Shown here: positions 55,770-64,000 of the stretch, piece by piece
Layout: each line of letters starts with the position of its first letter
Position numbering within the stretch: the stretch's first letter is position 1
NCBI GenBank assembly: GCA_963702535.1
Contig: CAVPDG010000007.1
Coordinates: 4,949 to 68,948 of the forward strand
Length of the DNA stretch: 64,000 bases
From: an uncultured Chloroflexia bacterium
GTDB taxonomy: Bacteria > Chloroflexota > Anaerolineae > Anaerolineales > UBA4823
Direction: 5' to 3'
Notes under the pieces: model-generated
The model's input: the letters and a program-made list of their open reading frames with translations, nothing else
What the model was told of the DNA's origin: nothing
Database searches by the model: none
Translations under genes and position numbers: made by a program

Positions 55770-56831
55770 TTAGAGCGTATCCAGGTCTACCAGAGGCAGG
55801 CTCACAAGGCGATGTTCCGCGCTGGAGATGACTGCCGCCCAGCATGCCTCAGCCACGCGGATGGCGTCGATCGCTTTGCACAGTACCTTCCCCTCGCTTT
55901 TGCCCAATACCCAGTCCACAAATTCGCACACCTCCACATCCCAGGGTTCGGTGATCCCGGCGGTGTTATTCGGCATCCAGTTGGGGTACACGATTTCATT
56001 ATCCTGGTTGGTCGGATCGTTATATTGGGGTATGCTATCCAGGATCAGGCGGTTGTTGCGCATGGTGCCTTTGGTGCCATACACCTCGATATTGAAGTTG
56101 AAAGATGCGACTGGCTTGAGAACCAGCGACATTACCTTGCCGATCTGCCCGCTACGGAAACGATATAGAGCAACCGTCTCGGCTTCTGTCTCGCAGGTTG
56201 GGTAATTGAAATTGCTGACGAATGCGCAGCATTCCACGATCTCATCGTTCATCAGGTAACGGATGGTATCTACGCAATGCCCGCCGCCGGCGTGGTAAAG
56301 CGAGGGATTGAACTCTTTTTTGCCGATCCAATCCCAGATGGGGAGCTCATCTGGCAGGTTATGGATGTAATCGGATTGGGCAAAATAGATCTGCCCCAGC
56401 TTGCCATCCTCTCTCAACCGTACGATCTCTTTACAAATCGGGTTGAAGCGGCGGTGATAACCCACGGCGCATTTCACCCCAGACCTGGTTAATGCCGCAT
56501 AGGATGCCCGGGCTTCATCCGGGTTGGTGACGAAGGGTTTCTCGGCGAGGATATGCTTTCCGGCGTTGGCCGCGGCGATAGTAATCTCGCTGTGGAATTT
56601 ATTGGGGGCGCAGATCGAGACGGATTGCACAGTCGGATCGGCCAGGAGATCACGATAATCCGGGTAATATTTGCAATCCAGGCCGTTGGTCTGGATGAAA
56701 TCCGAGGCTGATTTTTGATTTGGGTCGGCGACAGCCACAACCTGCGCTTTTCCGCTGCGGCGGTACCCGCGCAGATGATGCCCGGCAATCCAGCCCGCCC
56801 CGATGATGCCAACACGAAGTCTGTCTTCCAT
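55770..56831 (-). CDS. Gfo/Idh/MocA-family oxidoreductase
   Basis: LRVGIIGAGWIAGHH..., the ILAEKPF motif, 353 aa. Confidence 0.85.
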   Translation of the reverse strand: MEDRLRVGIIGAGWIAGHHLRGYRRSGKAQVVAVADPNQKSASDFIQTNGLDCKYYPDYRDLLADPTVQSVSICAPNKFHSEITIAAANAGKHILAEKPFVTNPDEARASYAALTRSGVKCAVGYHRRFNPICKEIVRLREDGKLGQIYFAQSDYIHNLPDELPIWDWIGKKEFNPSLYHAGGGHCVDTIRYLMNDEIVECCAFVSNFNYPTCETEAETVALYRFRSGQIGKVMSLVLKPVASFNFNIEVYGTKGTMRNNRLILDSIPQYNDPTNQDNEIVYPNWMPNNTAGITEPWDVEVCEFVDWVLGKSEGKVLCKAIDAIRVAEACWAAVISSAEHRLVSLPLVDLDTL

Positions 56832-56888
56832 CTACGGCCTCCTGAAATTTGGAAAAACTCCCTTGGATCGGTAAATTTCTAGCCGGGC

Positions 56889-58220
56889 TCAATGACTCAG
56901 ATCGTGATAAATGAATTTGCGTGGGCCGGCGTGCGATAACTTGTACGGTGTGCGACCGCGCAGATCTTCCATCATCATGAACATGGTGTGCTCATCGAGG
57001 TGTTCCCAGCCTCTTTCATCGAAATAGTGTATCACTTCGATCGGCTCGGATGGGCCGAGCTGTTTGATCGTATCGAGGATTTTCTTATCCAGGTCCGTAT
57101 ATGACAGGGGTTGGACTTCCCCGCTTTCCACAAGTTGGATCGCTTCCTTTATGGTTGCTGCAACTTTGCGCGCCTTATCCGGCCAGATCATGTTATTGGT
57201 GTGCACGATGCGCGGGATTACATCCTCTGCCACCGGGCACAGGCCAACCGGGTAGTCCGTTATGCCGGAATAGATGCGGAACAAGTCGTATAGATAAGCA
57301 GGCACCTGCAGGAAACCGGTGCCGAAGGGTGCTTTTACCTGGCGGAGTGCAGCTTTAAAAGAATTGATCTCGATGCCCTTTCGTTCGCCATGGAAGAGGC
57401 AGCTCCAGAAATATGGCGCAATCACGTTGCCGGAGATCGGGAGGCGTGGATCGAGCCAGGCACAACCCGAAATAGCTTCATCCAAGATATCTGCAGAGGT
57501 TCGATATTCTTCCAGGTAGCCGGGGAGTTTCTTGAGCTGTGGCACGGCTACGGCTGCCGCAAATTCCGTCATGCGGTAGTTCGAGCTGAGAACTTCAGGG
57601 CTTTCGCCGAAGATGATACGGCGGTTGAGCTCGAAGAACAGCTTGTCGTCATTCATGATTGCCACGCCGCCCTCGCCGGTGGCGAGCTGCTTTACCCATG
57701 TTGAAGGAGAAATGTGCCGATATGCCCCCAGGTGCCTAACTTTCTTGCCTTTGTACTCGCCCAGGCAGGTGTGGGCGCAGTCTTCCAGCAGGTAAATACC
57801 GTGCCGGTCGCAGATCGCTCGCAGTTTATCCACCTCGGCGGCGTAGCCCCATAGATGTGTGACCCAAATTGCCCTGGTGCGGGGGGTGATGAGTGCCTCG
57901 ACCTTATTGGCGTCCATCAGGAAATTGTCCGGGCGGACGTCCGCCCATACCGGAGTCAGGCGGGTGTGCATGCATGCGATGCCGTGGAACTGCACCACCG
58001 GATCGCAGATGATCTCGTCGCCATCTTTCGCTCCGATGGCGCCCGGAATGGCTTGCATGAGCAGCATGGCGGTGGCAGCGGTGATGGCGTACTTTGCACC
58101 ATGGGCTGCGGCAAAGTCCTGGCGTAACTGGTCCATGAAACCCCCAGCATGATCGGCAAAGTCATTGCTTTCAATGACTTTCGTGAGATTTCTGATCTCT
58201 TCAAGCCCATATTTTTCCAT
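56889..58220 (-). CDS. DegT/DnrJ/EryC1/StrS-family PLP-dependent sugar aminotransferase with a ~70-aa C-terminal extension
   Basis: Start moved to MEKYGLEEIRN (ATG 58220), with AGGAGG upstream. It has DegT-like blocks. The region 57691-57729 is locally scrambled; see the finding on the three insertions. Confidence 0.8.
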   Translation of the reverse strand: MEKYGLEEIRNLTKVIESNDFADHAGGFMDQLRQDFAAAHGAKYAITAATAMLLMQAIPGAIGAKDGDEIICDPVVQFHGIACMHTRLTPVWADVRPDNFLMDANKVEALITPRTRAIWVTHLWGYAAEVDKLRAICDRHGIYLLEDCAHTCLGEYKGKKVRHLGAYRHISPSTWVKQLATGEGGVAIMNDDKLFFELNRRIIFGESPEVLSSNYRMTEFAAAVAVPQLKKLPGYLEEYRTSADILDEAISGCAWLDPRLPISGNVIAPYFWSCLFHGERKGIEINSFKAALRQVKAPFGTGFLQVPAYLYDLFRIYSGITDYPVGLCPVAEDVIPRIVHTNNMIWPDKARKVAATIKEAIQLVESGEVQPLSYTDLDKKILDTIKQLGPSEPIEVIHYFDERGWEHLDEHTMFMMMEDLRGRTPYKLSHAGPRKFIYHDLSH

Positions 58221-58244
58221 CGCAGACCTCCTGAATAATTTGGC

Positions 58245-58305
58245 CCATTGGGATTTACCTTGATGATTTCCGGATTTGGGGGTGTGTGCAGCGAAGCCCT
58301 CACAC
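58245..58305. repeat. Repeat-family module X (inverted orientation) plus a truncated hairpin, copy 2
   Basis: CATTGGGATTTACCTTGATGATTTCCGGATTTGGGGGTGTGTGCAGCGAAGCCCTCACACC, starting 25 nt upstream of the DegT start codon. Confidence 0.75.
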
Positions 58306-58508
58306 CAACAAGACACTCTTTTCCTGGACTCTCGTTGTTTATTATAGGTAATTGGCAAAGAATTGTCGTTAAAGTAAAGAGCATCAATCTCGTGTAGTTT
58401 GTTAAATATTCGGACATTTCGGATTTCTGGCAGGATATAATGGTCAAAATACTGAGAAAAGGGATCAGGCTTTACAGAGCAGCAGCCTGTGAAGTCCAAC
58501 CGGACAAG

Positions 58509-59414
58509 ATGAACAGCGAAGATGAACTCCTCTCCAAGTTGATATCGGCGTCTATTCTGCCTCCGCCAGCCTCAACAGCAAGCATCCACGTATCCCAGCC
58601 CGGATTCCAATTCAAATATCATTCCTATAACAATGAAGTGGAAATTGTGCGGGTACTGCATGGGACGAGTTTTGTGGGTATCAATAACCAATTTATCCGC
58701 ATCCAGAAAAACGAATGCCTGATCATTTTTCCCGGGGTCACGCATAACTACTTTCTCAGGGAAAATGAAAGCTGCAGGATGATCGACCTGGTATTTACAC
58801 CCGGTGATCTCTCGAGTTTTCACCCAGGCGAGCTGAAAAATCACCTGCCATTTCTACATGAGCTGCTGAACCCGAGGATTGAATTTACGCGGTTTGTGGA
58901 TGATGGTGGTGTCAGGATAGTTCTGGAGCATATCCTTGCCCAGTATGATCACCCTATCCAGCAATCCCGCATGCTCCTGAAAACACATTATCTGGAGCTT
59001 TACATCATCCTCTCAAAAGTCGTGGCGGAATCGCTCAGTGAGGCTGGTAGAGCACAAAATCAGTACATTAAGACTGGGCTGGAATTGATGGTGAATTTTT
59101 TCTCCACGAACCTGACGGTTGCGCAAATTGCAGGAGAAGCGGGGATTTCCACCAGGCATTTCTCCCGATTGTTTGTAAAGGAGGTGGGTATGTCTGTGCC
59201 CGATTACCTTAACCTATTGCGGATCAAGAAGGCAAAAGAGCTGCTGCTCAACACGGATATGGACATCACCCGCATCGCATTTGCCGTTGGCTATAACTCC
59301 AGCCAATACTTTACAACCCGTTTCAAACGGTTGGAGCATGTAAGCCCTAAAGTTTTTCGTGAAAAAATGGCTTTAATGATACCCGTCAGGTTAGATGATT
59401 CCACAGAGTATTAA
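58509..59414 (+). CDS. AraC-family transcriptional regulator (cupin sensor + HTH)
   Basis: The C-terminal tandem HTH reads VAQIAGEAGISTRHFSRLFVKEVGMSVPDYLNLLRIKKAKELLLNTDMDITRIAFAVGYNSSQYFTTRFKR. An alternative start at ATG 58440 is possible. Confidence 0.85.
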   Translation: MNSEDELLSKLISASILPPPASTASIHVSQPGFQFKYHSYNNEVEIVRVLHGTSFVGINNQFIRIQKNECLIIFPGVTHNYFLRENESCRMIDLVFTPGDLSSFHPGELKNHLPFLHELLNPRIEFTRFVDDGGVRIVLEHILAQYDHPIQQSRMLLKTHYLELYIILSKVVAESLSEAGRAQNQYIKTGLELMVNFFSTNLTVAQIAGEAGISTRHFSRLFVKEVGMSVPDYLNLLRIKKAKELLLNTDMDITRIAFAVGYNSSQYFTTRFKRLEHVSPKVFREKMALMIPVRLDDSTEY

Positions 59415-59421
59415 CAAGTAC

Positions 59422-59503
59422 CCGGATTTGGGGGTGTGAAGGCGGCGTAGCCGCCTTCACACCCCCAAATCCGGAAATCATCACGGTAAATCCCAATGAG
59501 CCT
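59422..59503. repeat. Perfect 25-bp-stem palindrome plus module X, copy 3
   Basis: CCGGATTTGGGGGTGTGAAGGCGGC (59422-59446), loop GTA, then GCCGCCTTCACACCCCCAAATCCGG (59450-59474), followed by AAATCATCACGGTAAATCCCAATGAG. Confidence 0.85.
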
Positions 59504-59544
59504 ATTAATGATGTTGATTATTGTTGTTTTTTGTAAAATAGTAG

Positions 59545-59574
59545 TTGACAATCCCCAATATTAGTGATTAAATT
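59545..59574 (+). promoter_or_regulatory. Sigma70-like promoter upstream of the DeoR gene
   Basis: TTGACA (59545-59550), a 17-18 nt spacer, then TTAAAT/TAAATT (59568-59574), about 60 nt before ATG 59632. Confidence 0.5.
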
Positions 59575-59631
59575 AACAAGTAAACGGTCGTAAATCTCAT
59601 AAATTTGTGCATTTGTCCAACCTGGTACTGA

Positions 59632-60477
59632 ATGCTCGCAGAGCTGAGAAGATTACGCATCGCTGAGTATGTGCGGCAGCATGAGAGCGGCGTCGTCACC
59701 GTTGCCGAGCTGGGCCAGTTGCTTGCCGTATCGGATATGACCATTCGCCGCGACCTGGCATTGCTGGAGCGCCAGTCGTTCTTGCGCCGGGTGCATGGCG
59801 GGGCGGTTGCCTACCTGCAAAACAACGGCGATAAATCATTCCTCTACCGCACCCGGCGCGCCGACCCGCAAAAGCAGATCATCGGCTGGCTGGCGGCGCA
59901 GCTTGTCAACGACGGCGACCGCATCATCCTGGACGCCGGCACCACCACCCTACAACTGGCGAACAACCTTACCTGTAAGAACCAGCTCACCGTTATCACC
60001 AACAACATCCCCGTCGCCAATGAGTTGGCGCAGTGCGGCAATATCCTCATCATCCTGCTTGGCGGCATCGTCAAGCATAACGAGTCCTGCACCGTGGGCA
60101 ACATGGTGCGCCAATCACTCTCCCTGCTCTCTGCGGATAAGTATTTTTTGAGCGCCACCAATTTCTCCCTGCGCATGGGCGCCATGGAGACCGATATGGC
60201 GGAGACGGAGGTCAAGCAAGCCATGCTGCGCTCTGCCAGCCAGACCATCCTGCTCGCCGACAGCACCAAGTTCGATGTCTCCGCCCTCATCCAGGTGGCG
60301 CCTCTCCAGCAGATCCACAAGATCGTCTGCGACGATGGCTTGCCGCCAGAGGCGATGCGGGCGATCGAAGCCGAAGGCGTGCAGGTCATCACCCCCAGCC
60401 GGCAGCCCTTCGGCGCGCTGCCCGAGCATATCCGTCTCCTGCTGGATTGCACCACGCCGTTGAAGGCGCTGGCATGA
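59632..60477 (+). CDS. DeoR-family transcriptional regulator
   Basis: 281 aa with VTVAELGQLLAVSDMTIRRDLALLERQSFLRRVHGGA, ILDAGTTTLQLA and LLADSTKF. Confidence 0.85.
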   Translation: MLAELRRLRIAEYVRQHESGVVTVAELGQLLAVSDMTIRRDLALLERQSFLRRVHGGAVAYLQNNGDKSFLYRTRRADPQKQIIGWLAAQLVNDGDRIILDAGTTTLQLANNLTCKNQLTVITNNIPVANELAQCGNILIILLGGIVKHNESCTVGNMVRQSLSLLSADKYFLSATNFSLRMGAMETDMAETEVKQAMLRSASQTILLADSTKFDVSALIQVAPLQQIHKIVCDDGLPPEAMRAIEAEGVQVITPSRQPFGALPEHIRLLLDCTTPLKALA

Positions 60478-60505
60478 GTGGCTGCGTGGAAATGGAGATA
60501 TCATC

Positions 60506-62034
60506 TTGACTGAATTACTGCTTGGCTTGGACGCAGGCACCACCTCGGTGAAAGCCGCGCTATTCGATCGCCGGGGGAGATGCCTGGGGTTCAGCCGAGA
60601 AGAGTACCAGCTCATCACCCCGTCTGCCGAGCAAGCCGAGCTAGATGCTGAGATTTACTGGCATGCGAGCCTCCAAGCCATGCGCGCCGCGCTGGCGACG
60701 GCTGGCGTCGACCCGGCAAGCGTGCGGGCGATCTCCGTCTCCAGCCAGGGCGAGACGACCATCACCCTGGATGCCGGCGGCAAACCTTTGCGCCCGGCGC
60801 TGGTCTGGCTGGACAACCGCTCGGCGCCGCAGGCGCAGCGCCTTGCAGCTCAATTCGACAGCCAGACAGTCTACGAGACGACCGGCATCACCGAGATCCT
60901 GCCCACCTGGACGGCGTGCAAGATCCTGTGGATCAAGGAGAACGAGCCGGAGATCTTCGCCCGGGCGCGCAAGTTCCTGCTGGTCAAGGATTACCTGGTT
61001 TATCGCCTTTCCGGCGAGTACACCACTGAAGGCTCCATCGCCTGCACCACGCTGCTCTACGACATCTGCCGCCACCGCTGGTGGGACGAGATGCTGGCAG
61101 CGGTGGGCATTTCCAGCGACCACCTGCCCGCGATCACAGCCCCGGGCGGGATCGCCGGCACGCTCTCTGCTGAGACGGCAGCCCTGCTGGGCATGGGCGC
61201 GGATACCCTGGTGGTCAACGGCGGCATGGACCAGGCTACCGGCGCCATCGGCGCGGGCAGCGTCTCCAGCGATATCATCTCCGAGACAACCGGCGCTGCT
61301 ATGGCGGTGCAGGTGACAACGCCCCTGCCGGATCTGCGCTCCGGCGAGCGCATCGCCCTTTACGCGCACAGCTTGCCGGGGTTGTACCTGTACGTGCCCA
61401 CCCTGCCCACCGGCGGCATGTCTTTCAAATGGTTCCGCGATGCTTTTGGCGTTGCCGAGATGCAAGCCGCCGCGGCAAGCGGGCAGGACGCTTACGACTT
61501 GCTCACCGCACTGGCAGCCACAGCGCCACCGGGCAGCGACGGGCTGGTGATGCTGCCCTACCTGATGGGCTCGCTCAGCCCGGAGGAGAACCCGGCAGCG
61601 CGCGGCGTCTTCAGCGGCTTCACCCTGCGGCATACGCGCGCTCACTTCGTGCGCGCCATACTGGAGGGCGTGGCTTTCAACCTGCGCCATAACATGGATG
61701 TGCTGGGCAAAGCCGGGCTGCACTTTAGCGAGCTGCGCAGCAGCGGCGGCGGCGCCCGCAGCCGGTTGTGGAGCCAGATCAAGGCGGATGTGTGCGGCTT
61801 GCCGGTGGTCACGCTGGCGAACGCCGAAGCCGCCCTGCTCGGCGACGCCATCCTGGCGGCGGCAGCTTGCGGCATGTACAGCTCAGCAGCCGAAGCCTGC
61901 GCCCAAATGGTTGCTATCGAGACGCGCATCCTGCCCGGCGAGGCGCAGCGCGGAGTATGAAAAAGCTTACCGGAAGCTACATCGAGCTCAACGCCTGCCT
62001 GGGACCTTACTTCCGGGCGAATTATCTGGGCTGA
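60506..62034 (+). pseudogene. FGGY-family carbohydrate kinase, C-terminal ~30 codons frame-broken twice (about 61946-61953 and 61971-61978)
   Basis: TTG start (MTELLLGLDAGTTSVKAALFD). The main ORF stops at 61960 after ...ILPGEAQRGV. The other two frames continue AEYEKAYRK and then YIELNACLGPYFRANYLG-stop (62032-62034), the usual FGGY C-terminal helix. Confidence 0.8.
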
Positions 62035-62269
62035 TGCGTCGGCTGGGCGAGCCAGCGTGTCAGCTCGCCGCAACATGCAAGGATTTACAGAGTAGACGAA
62101 GAGGAGGCGCACAGGCGAAATCATCAACTTGTAAAGGATCGTCCTTCACAAATCGAAGCCCTGTGTAGATTTTTATCATGAAAGGAGAAGCAGCAAAAAC
62201 AGAGAAGGAAGAGAAGTCTTGTGAAATCAGGCAAAGAGAATCCAATCTGACTAGAAAAAGGACAAAAAA

Positions 62270-63586
62270 ATGAACAAAAAGTTTCGCATACTGGTCTACA
62301 TGCTCATCGTCCTGTCAGTCGTACTATCGGCTGCAGGGTGCGCCCAAAAACCCGAAGAACAGAAGCTGACCTTGTGGGTCAACGGGCGTGACAGCTTCAT
62401 CGGTCCGAACGAGCAGCAGCTCCCCCAGGAGGAGTGGTACATCTCCCAGGCGATCAAGCGCTTCGAAGAAGCCAATCCAGGGGTAAAGATTGAGCTGGTC
62501 GTCCAGGCGGATGCTTATGGAGCCCTTCAAACCTACGGAACTGCCGGGTTGGCTGGCAATGCGCCTGATATTGCCAACTTATGGTCAGGACAGTTCGTCT
62601 TCCCGAACGCCGAGGTCATCGTTGACATCAAAGACAAGATCCCTGCGGAAGACAAGGAAAAAATCCTGGGCTGGAATACCATCACACTCGACTTCAAAGA
62701 AGGCAATCCAATCCTCGGTTACCCGACTCCGGATAACCAGATGACCATGTTCATCTACAATAAGAAGATCGTGGAAGAGGTAGGTCTGGATTGGGAGGCC
62801 GATCCACCGCGCACCATGGAGCGCTTCTTTGCCGACATGGAGAAGCTCAAGAACGCCGGCTACATCCCCATCGGAGCCGACGAAGCCATCGATGGCTACG
62901 CCTATTACTTCTTCCAGATCGCCGCCTACTGGTGGGTCCAGCAGAACGGTTTTGATCCGATCCTGGCTGCCGACCGGGGCGAGGGCAACTTCGCCGATGA
63001 CCAGGCGCTGCTCACCGCCTTGCGAGCCTACCAGGAGATCTGGTCCAAGGGCTACATCAACCAGGATGCCGCTACCTCCAGCGATTCATGGCAGAAGTTC
63101 CTGCAGGGCAAAGTGGTCATGAGCCCGCGGGTTAACTCCTTTGTGAAAGATGCCCAGGACGCGCTAGGTGTGGAAAATGTCGGTGTGATCATCCCTCCCA
63201 ACATCTCTGACAGCGCCGTGATCAAGGATGCCACCATCGGCGGACCTGGGCAAGCCCTGGTTCTTGCGAAAAATTCCAAGTACCCTGATACTGCGCTTAA
63301 GTTCATGTCCTTCATGAATTCCAAGGCAGAGGTACTGGAGTTGAATAAGTTCCAGACCAAAGTGCCCGTGCGCACGGATGTCACCCCTGAGGATCTGGGT
63401 TTGGAGCCTGGCTCTGTGGCTGAAAAAATCAATGGATGGGCATCAAACTATGTCTTCTGGGTGGATAACTCGCTCTCGGCGAATGTTGTCAACGAGTTCA
63501 ATAAGCAGCTGCCCCTGGTGCTGACCGGCAAGATGACCCCCGAGGAGCTTGTCGCCTCGCTCGATAAGGTCAAAGGACAGCAATAA
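62270..63586 (+). CDS. Extracellular solute-binding protein of a sugar ABC transporter (lipoprotein)
   Basis: Signal/lipobox LSVVLSAAGC, 438 aa, family-1 SBP style. Confidence 0.8.
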   Translation: MNKKFRILVYMLIVLSVVLSAAGCAQKPEEQKLTLWVNGRDSFIGPNEQQLPQEEWYISQAIKRFEEANPGVKIELVVQADAYGALQTYGTAGLAGNAPDIANLWSGQFVFPNAEVIVDIKDKIPAEDKEKILGWNTITLDFKEGNPILGYPTPDNQMTMFIYNKKIVEEVGLDWEADPPRTMERFFADMEKLKNAGYIPIGADEAIDGYAYYFFQIAAYWWVQQNGFDPILAADRGEGNFADDQALLTALRAYQEIWSKGYINQDAATSSDSWQKFLQGKVVMSPRVNSFVKDAQDALGVENVGVIIPPNISDSAVIKDATIGGPGQALVLAKNSKYPDTALKFMSFMNSKAEVLELNKFQTKVPVRTDVTPEDLGLEPGSVAEKINGWASNYVFWVDNSLSANVVNEFNKQLPLVLTGKMTPEELVASLDKVKGQQ

Positions 63587-63655
63587 GATTTTGTTCAAGC
63601 TGCACGGTCAACCGGGGTAGCTTAACAAAATCACACATTGAATTACCAAAGCAGC

Positions 63656-63710
63656 GTAGGGGCGACCTGCCCTGGCCAAGAGCTGCCAGGACTCGCCAGG
63701 TCGCCCCTAC
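63656..63710 (+). other. Intercistronic nested stem-loop between the SBP and permease genes
   Basis: GTAGGGGCGACCTG (63656-63669) pairs perfectly with CAGGTCGCCCCTAC (63697-63710). There is an inner CCTGGC/GCCAGG pair. Confidence 0.55.
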
Positions 63711-63746
63711 AGTTGGATTATTATTACAGATAATTTGCTGGATATC

Positions 63747-64000
63747 ATGAGGGTTATGAGCTCAAATGTAACAGTTGGTAGACGCAAGTTCAAGATCTCC
63801 GAGGGGTGGCTATCCATCCTGCCGGTGATATTCGTATTAATATTTATCCGTTTCTACCCAATGGTCATGGCATTCTACCGCAGCTTCACTAACTGGGATG
63901 GGATGTATCGCAGCGACTGGGTCGGTTTAAAGAATTACATCCAGATTTTTACAGACAGCCCCTTCTGGACGCTGTTCAGGAATAGCCTGGTGCTGTTGTT
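63747..64000 (+). CDS. Sugar ABC transporter permease (MalF/UgpA type), 5' part; it runs off the right window edge
   Basis: Hand translation from ATG 63747 gives MRVMSSNVTVGRRKFKISEGWLSILPVIFVLIFIRFYPMVMAFYRSFTNWDGMYRSDWVGLKNYIQIFTDSPFWTLFRNSLVLL, a typical N-terminus of CUT1 permeases. Confidence 0.75.
   Translation, partial: MRVMSSNVTVGRRKFKISEGWLSILPVIFVLIFIRFYPMVMAFYRSFTNWDGMYRSDWVGLKNYIQIFTDSPFWTLFRNSLVLL

Noticed and set aside
4872-62034. Interpreting the frame-broken genes as evidence of reductive evolution or widespread pseudogenisation
   Set aside because: Each gene has only single-base indels, mostly in homopolymers, and the sequence is otherwise well conserved in all fragments. 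I saw no accompanying nonsense mutations or truncations. Sequencing or assembly error is the more economical explanation, though only read data can settle it.
1-64000. CRISPR arrays, tRNA, rRNA, tmRNA and obvious riboswitches (including a cobalamin riboswitch near the MttB/URO-D genes)
   Set aside because: Scanning by eye, I found no regularly spaced repeat arrays, no cloverleaf-like GC-rich 75-nt islands in intergenic gaps, and no B12-box-like sequence upstream of 33145 or 34170. Absence cannot be proven without covariance-model searches.

Overview
All calls were made by eye from the sequence and the ORF track; no searches were run. This is a high-GC bacterial chromosomal window with about 60 protein genes. 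I saw no rRNA, tRNA or CRISPR array. Gene content and style fit a saccharolytic Chloroflexota-like organism, but that is inference only.

Layout:
(1) 1-14.4 kb is one long minus-strand operon. It encodes a DeoR regulator, a SIS protein, a Zn-ADH, a class-III aminotransferase, a DhnA-type aldolase, an amidohydrolase, a sugar ABC importer, an FGGY kinase, an AraA-like isomerase and two URO-D-like proteins.
(2) 14.9-25.2 kb is a GntR-headed locus. It encodes a LIV-type ABC importer, an APH-fold kinase, a saccharopine-DH-like protein, an ornithine cyclodeaminase-family protein and an opine dehydrogenase-family protein.
(3) 25.3-30.7 kb holds membrane proteins, a translationally coupled isochorismatase / FAD-oxidoreductase / RlmN-like radical-SAM operon, and a lipoprotein.
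(4) 30.8-46.2 kb holds repeated cassettes of DeoR, short FucI-like isomerase, FGGY kinase and DhnA aldolase. It also contains a start/stop-overlapping URO-D-like + MttB-superfamily pair, which I consider the best candidate for an undescribed system. A nucleotidyltransferase-like + metallophosphoesterase pair and an APC permease sit here too.
(5) 46.2-52.2 kb is a visibly AT-richer island. It is bounded by an IS66-like remnant and an ISAs1-type element with inverted repeats and a target duplication, and it carries an EcsC-TerB-zinc-ribbon fusion.
(6) 52.2-59.4 kb encodes a GT-C-like membrane protein, an Eis-like GNAT, a Gfo/Idh/MocA protein, a DegT aminotransferase and an AraC regulator. Its intergenic gaps carry a family of long palindromic repeats.
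(7) 59.6-64.0 kb encodes a DeoR regulator, an FGGY kinase and the start of another sugar ABC system.

Caveat: at least two dozen single-base frame disruptions, mostly at short homopolymers, break otherwise well-conserved genes. I read these as probable assembly errors. Such genes are typed pseudogene only because that is what the sequence literally shows.
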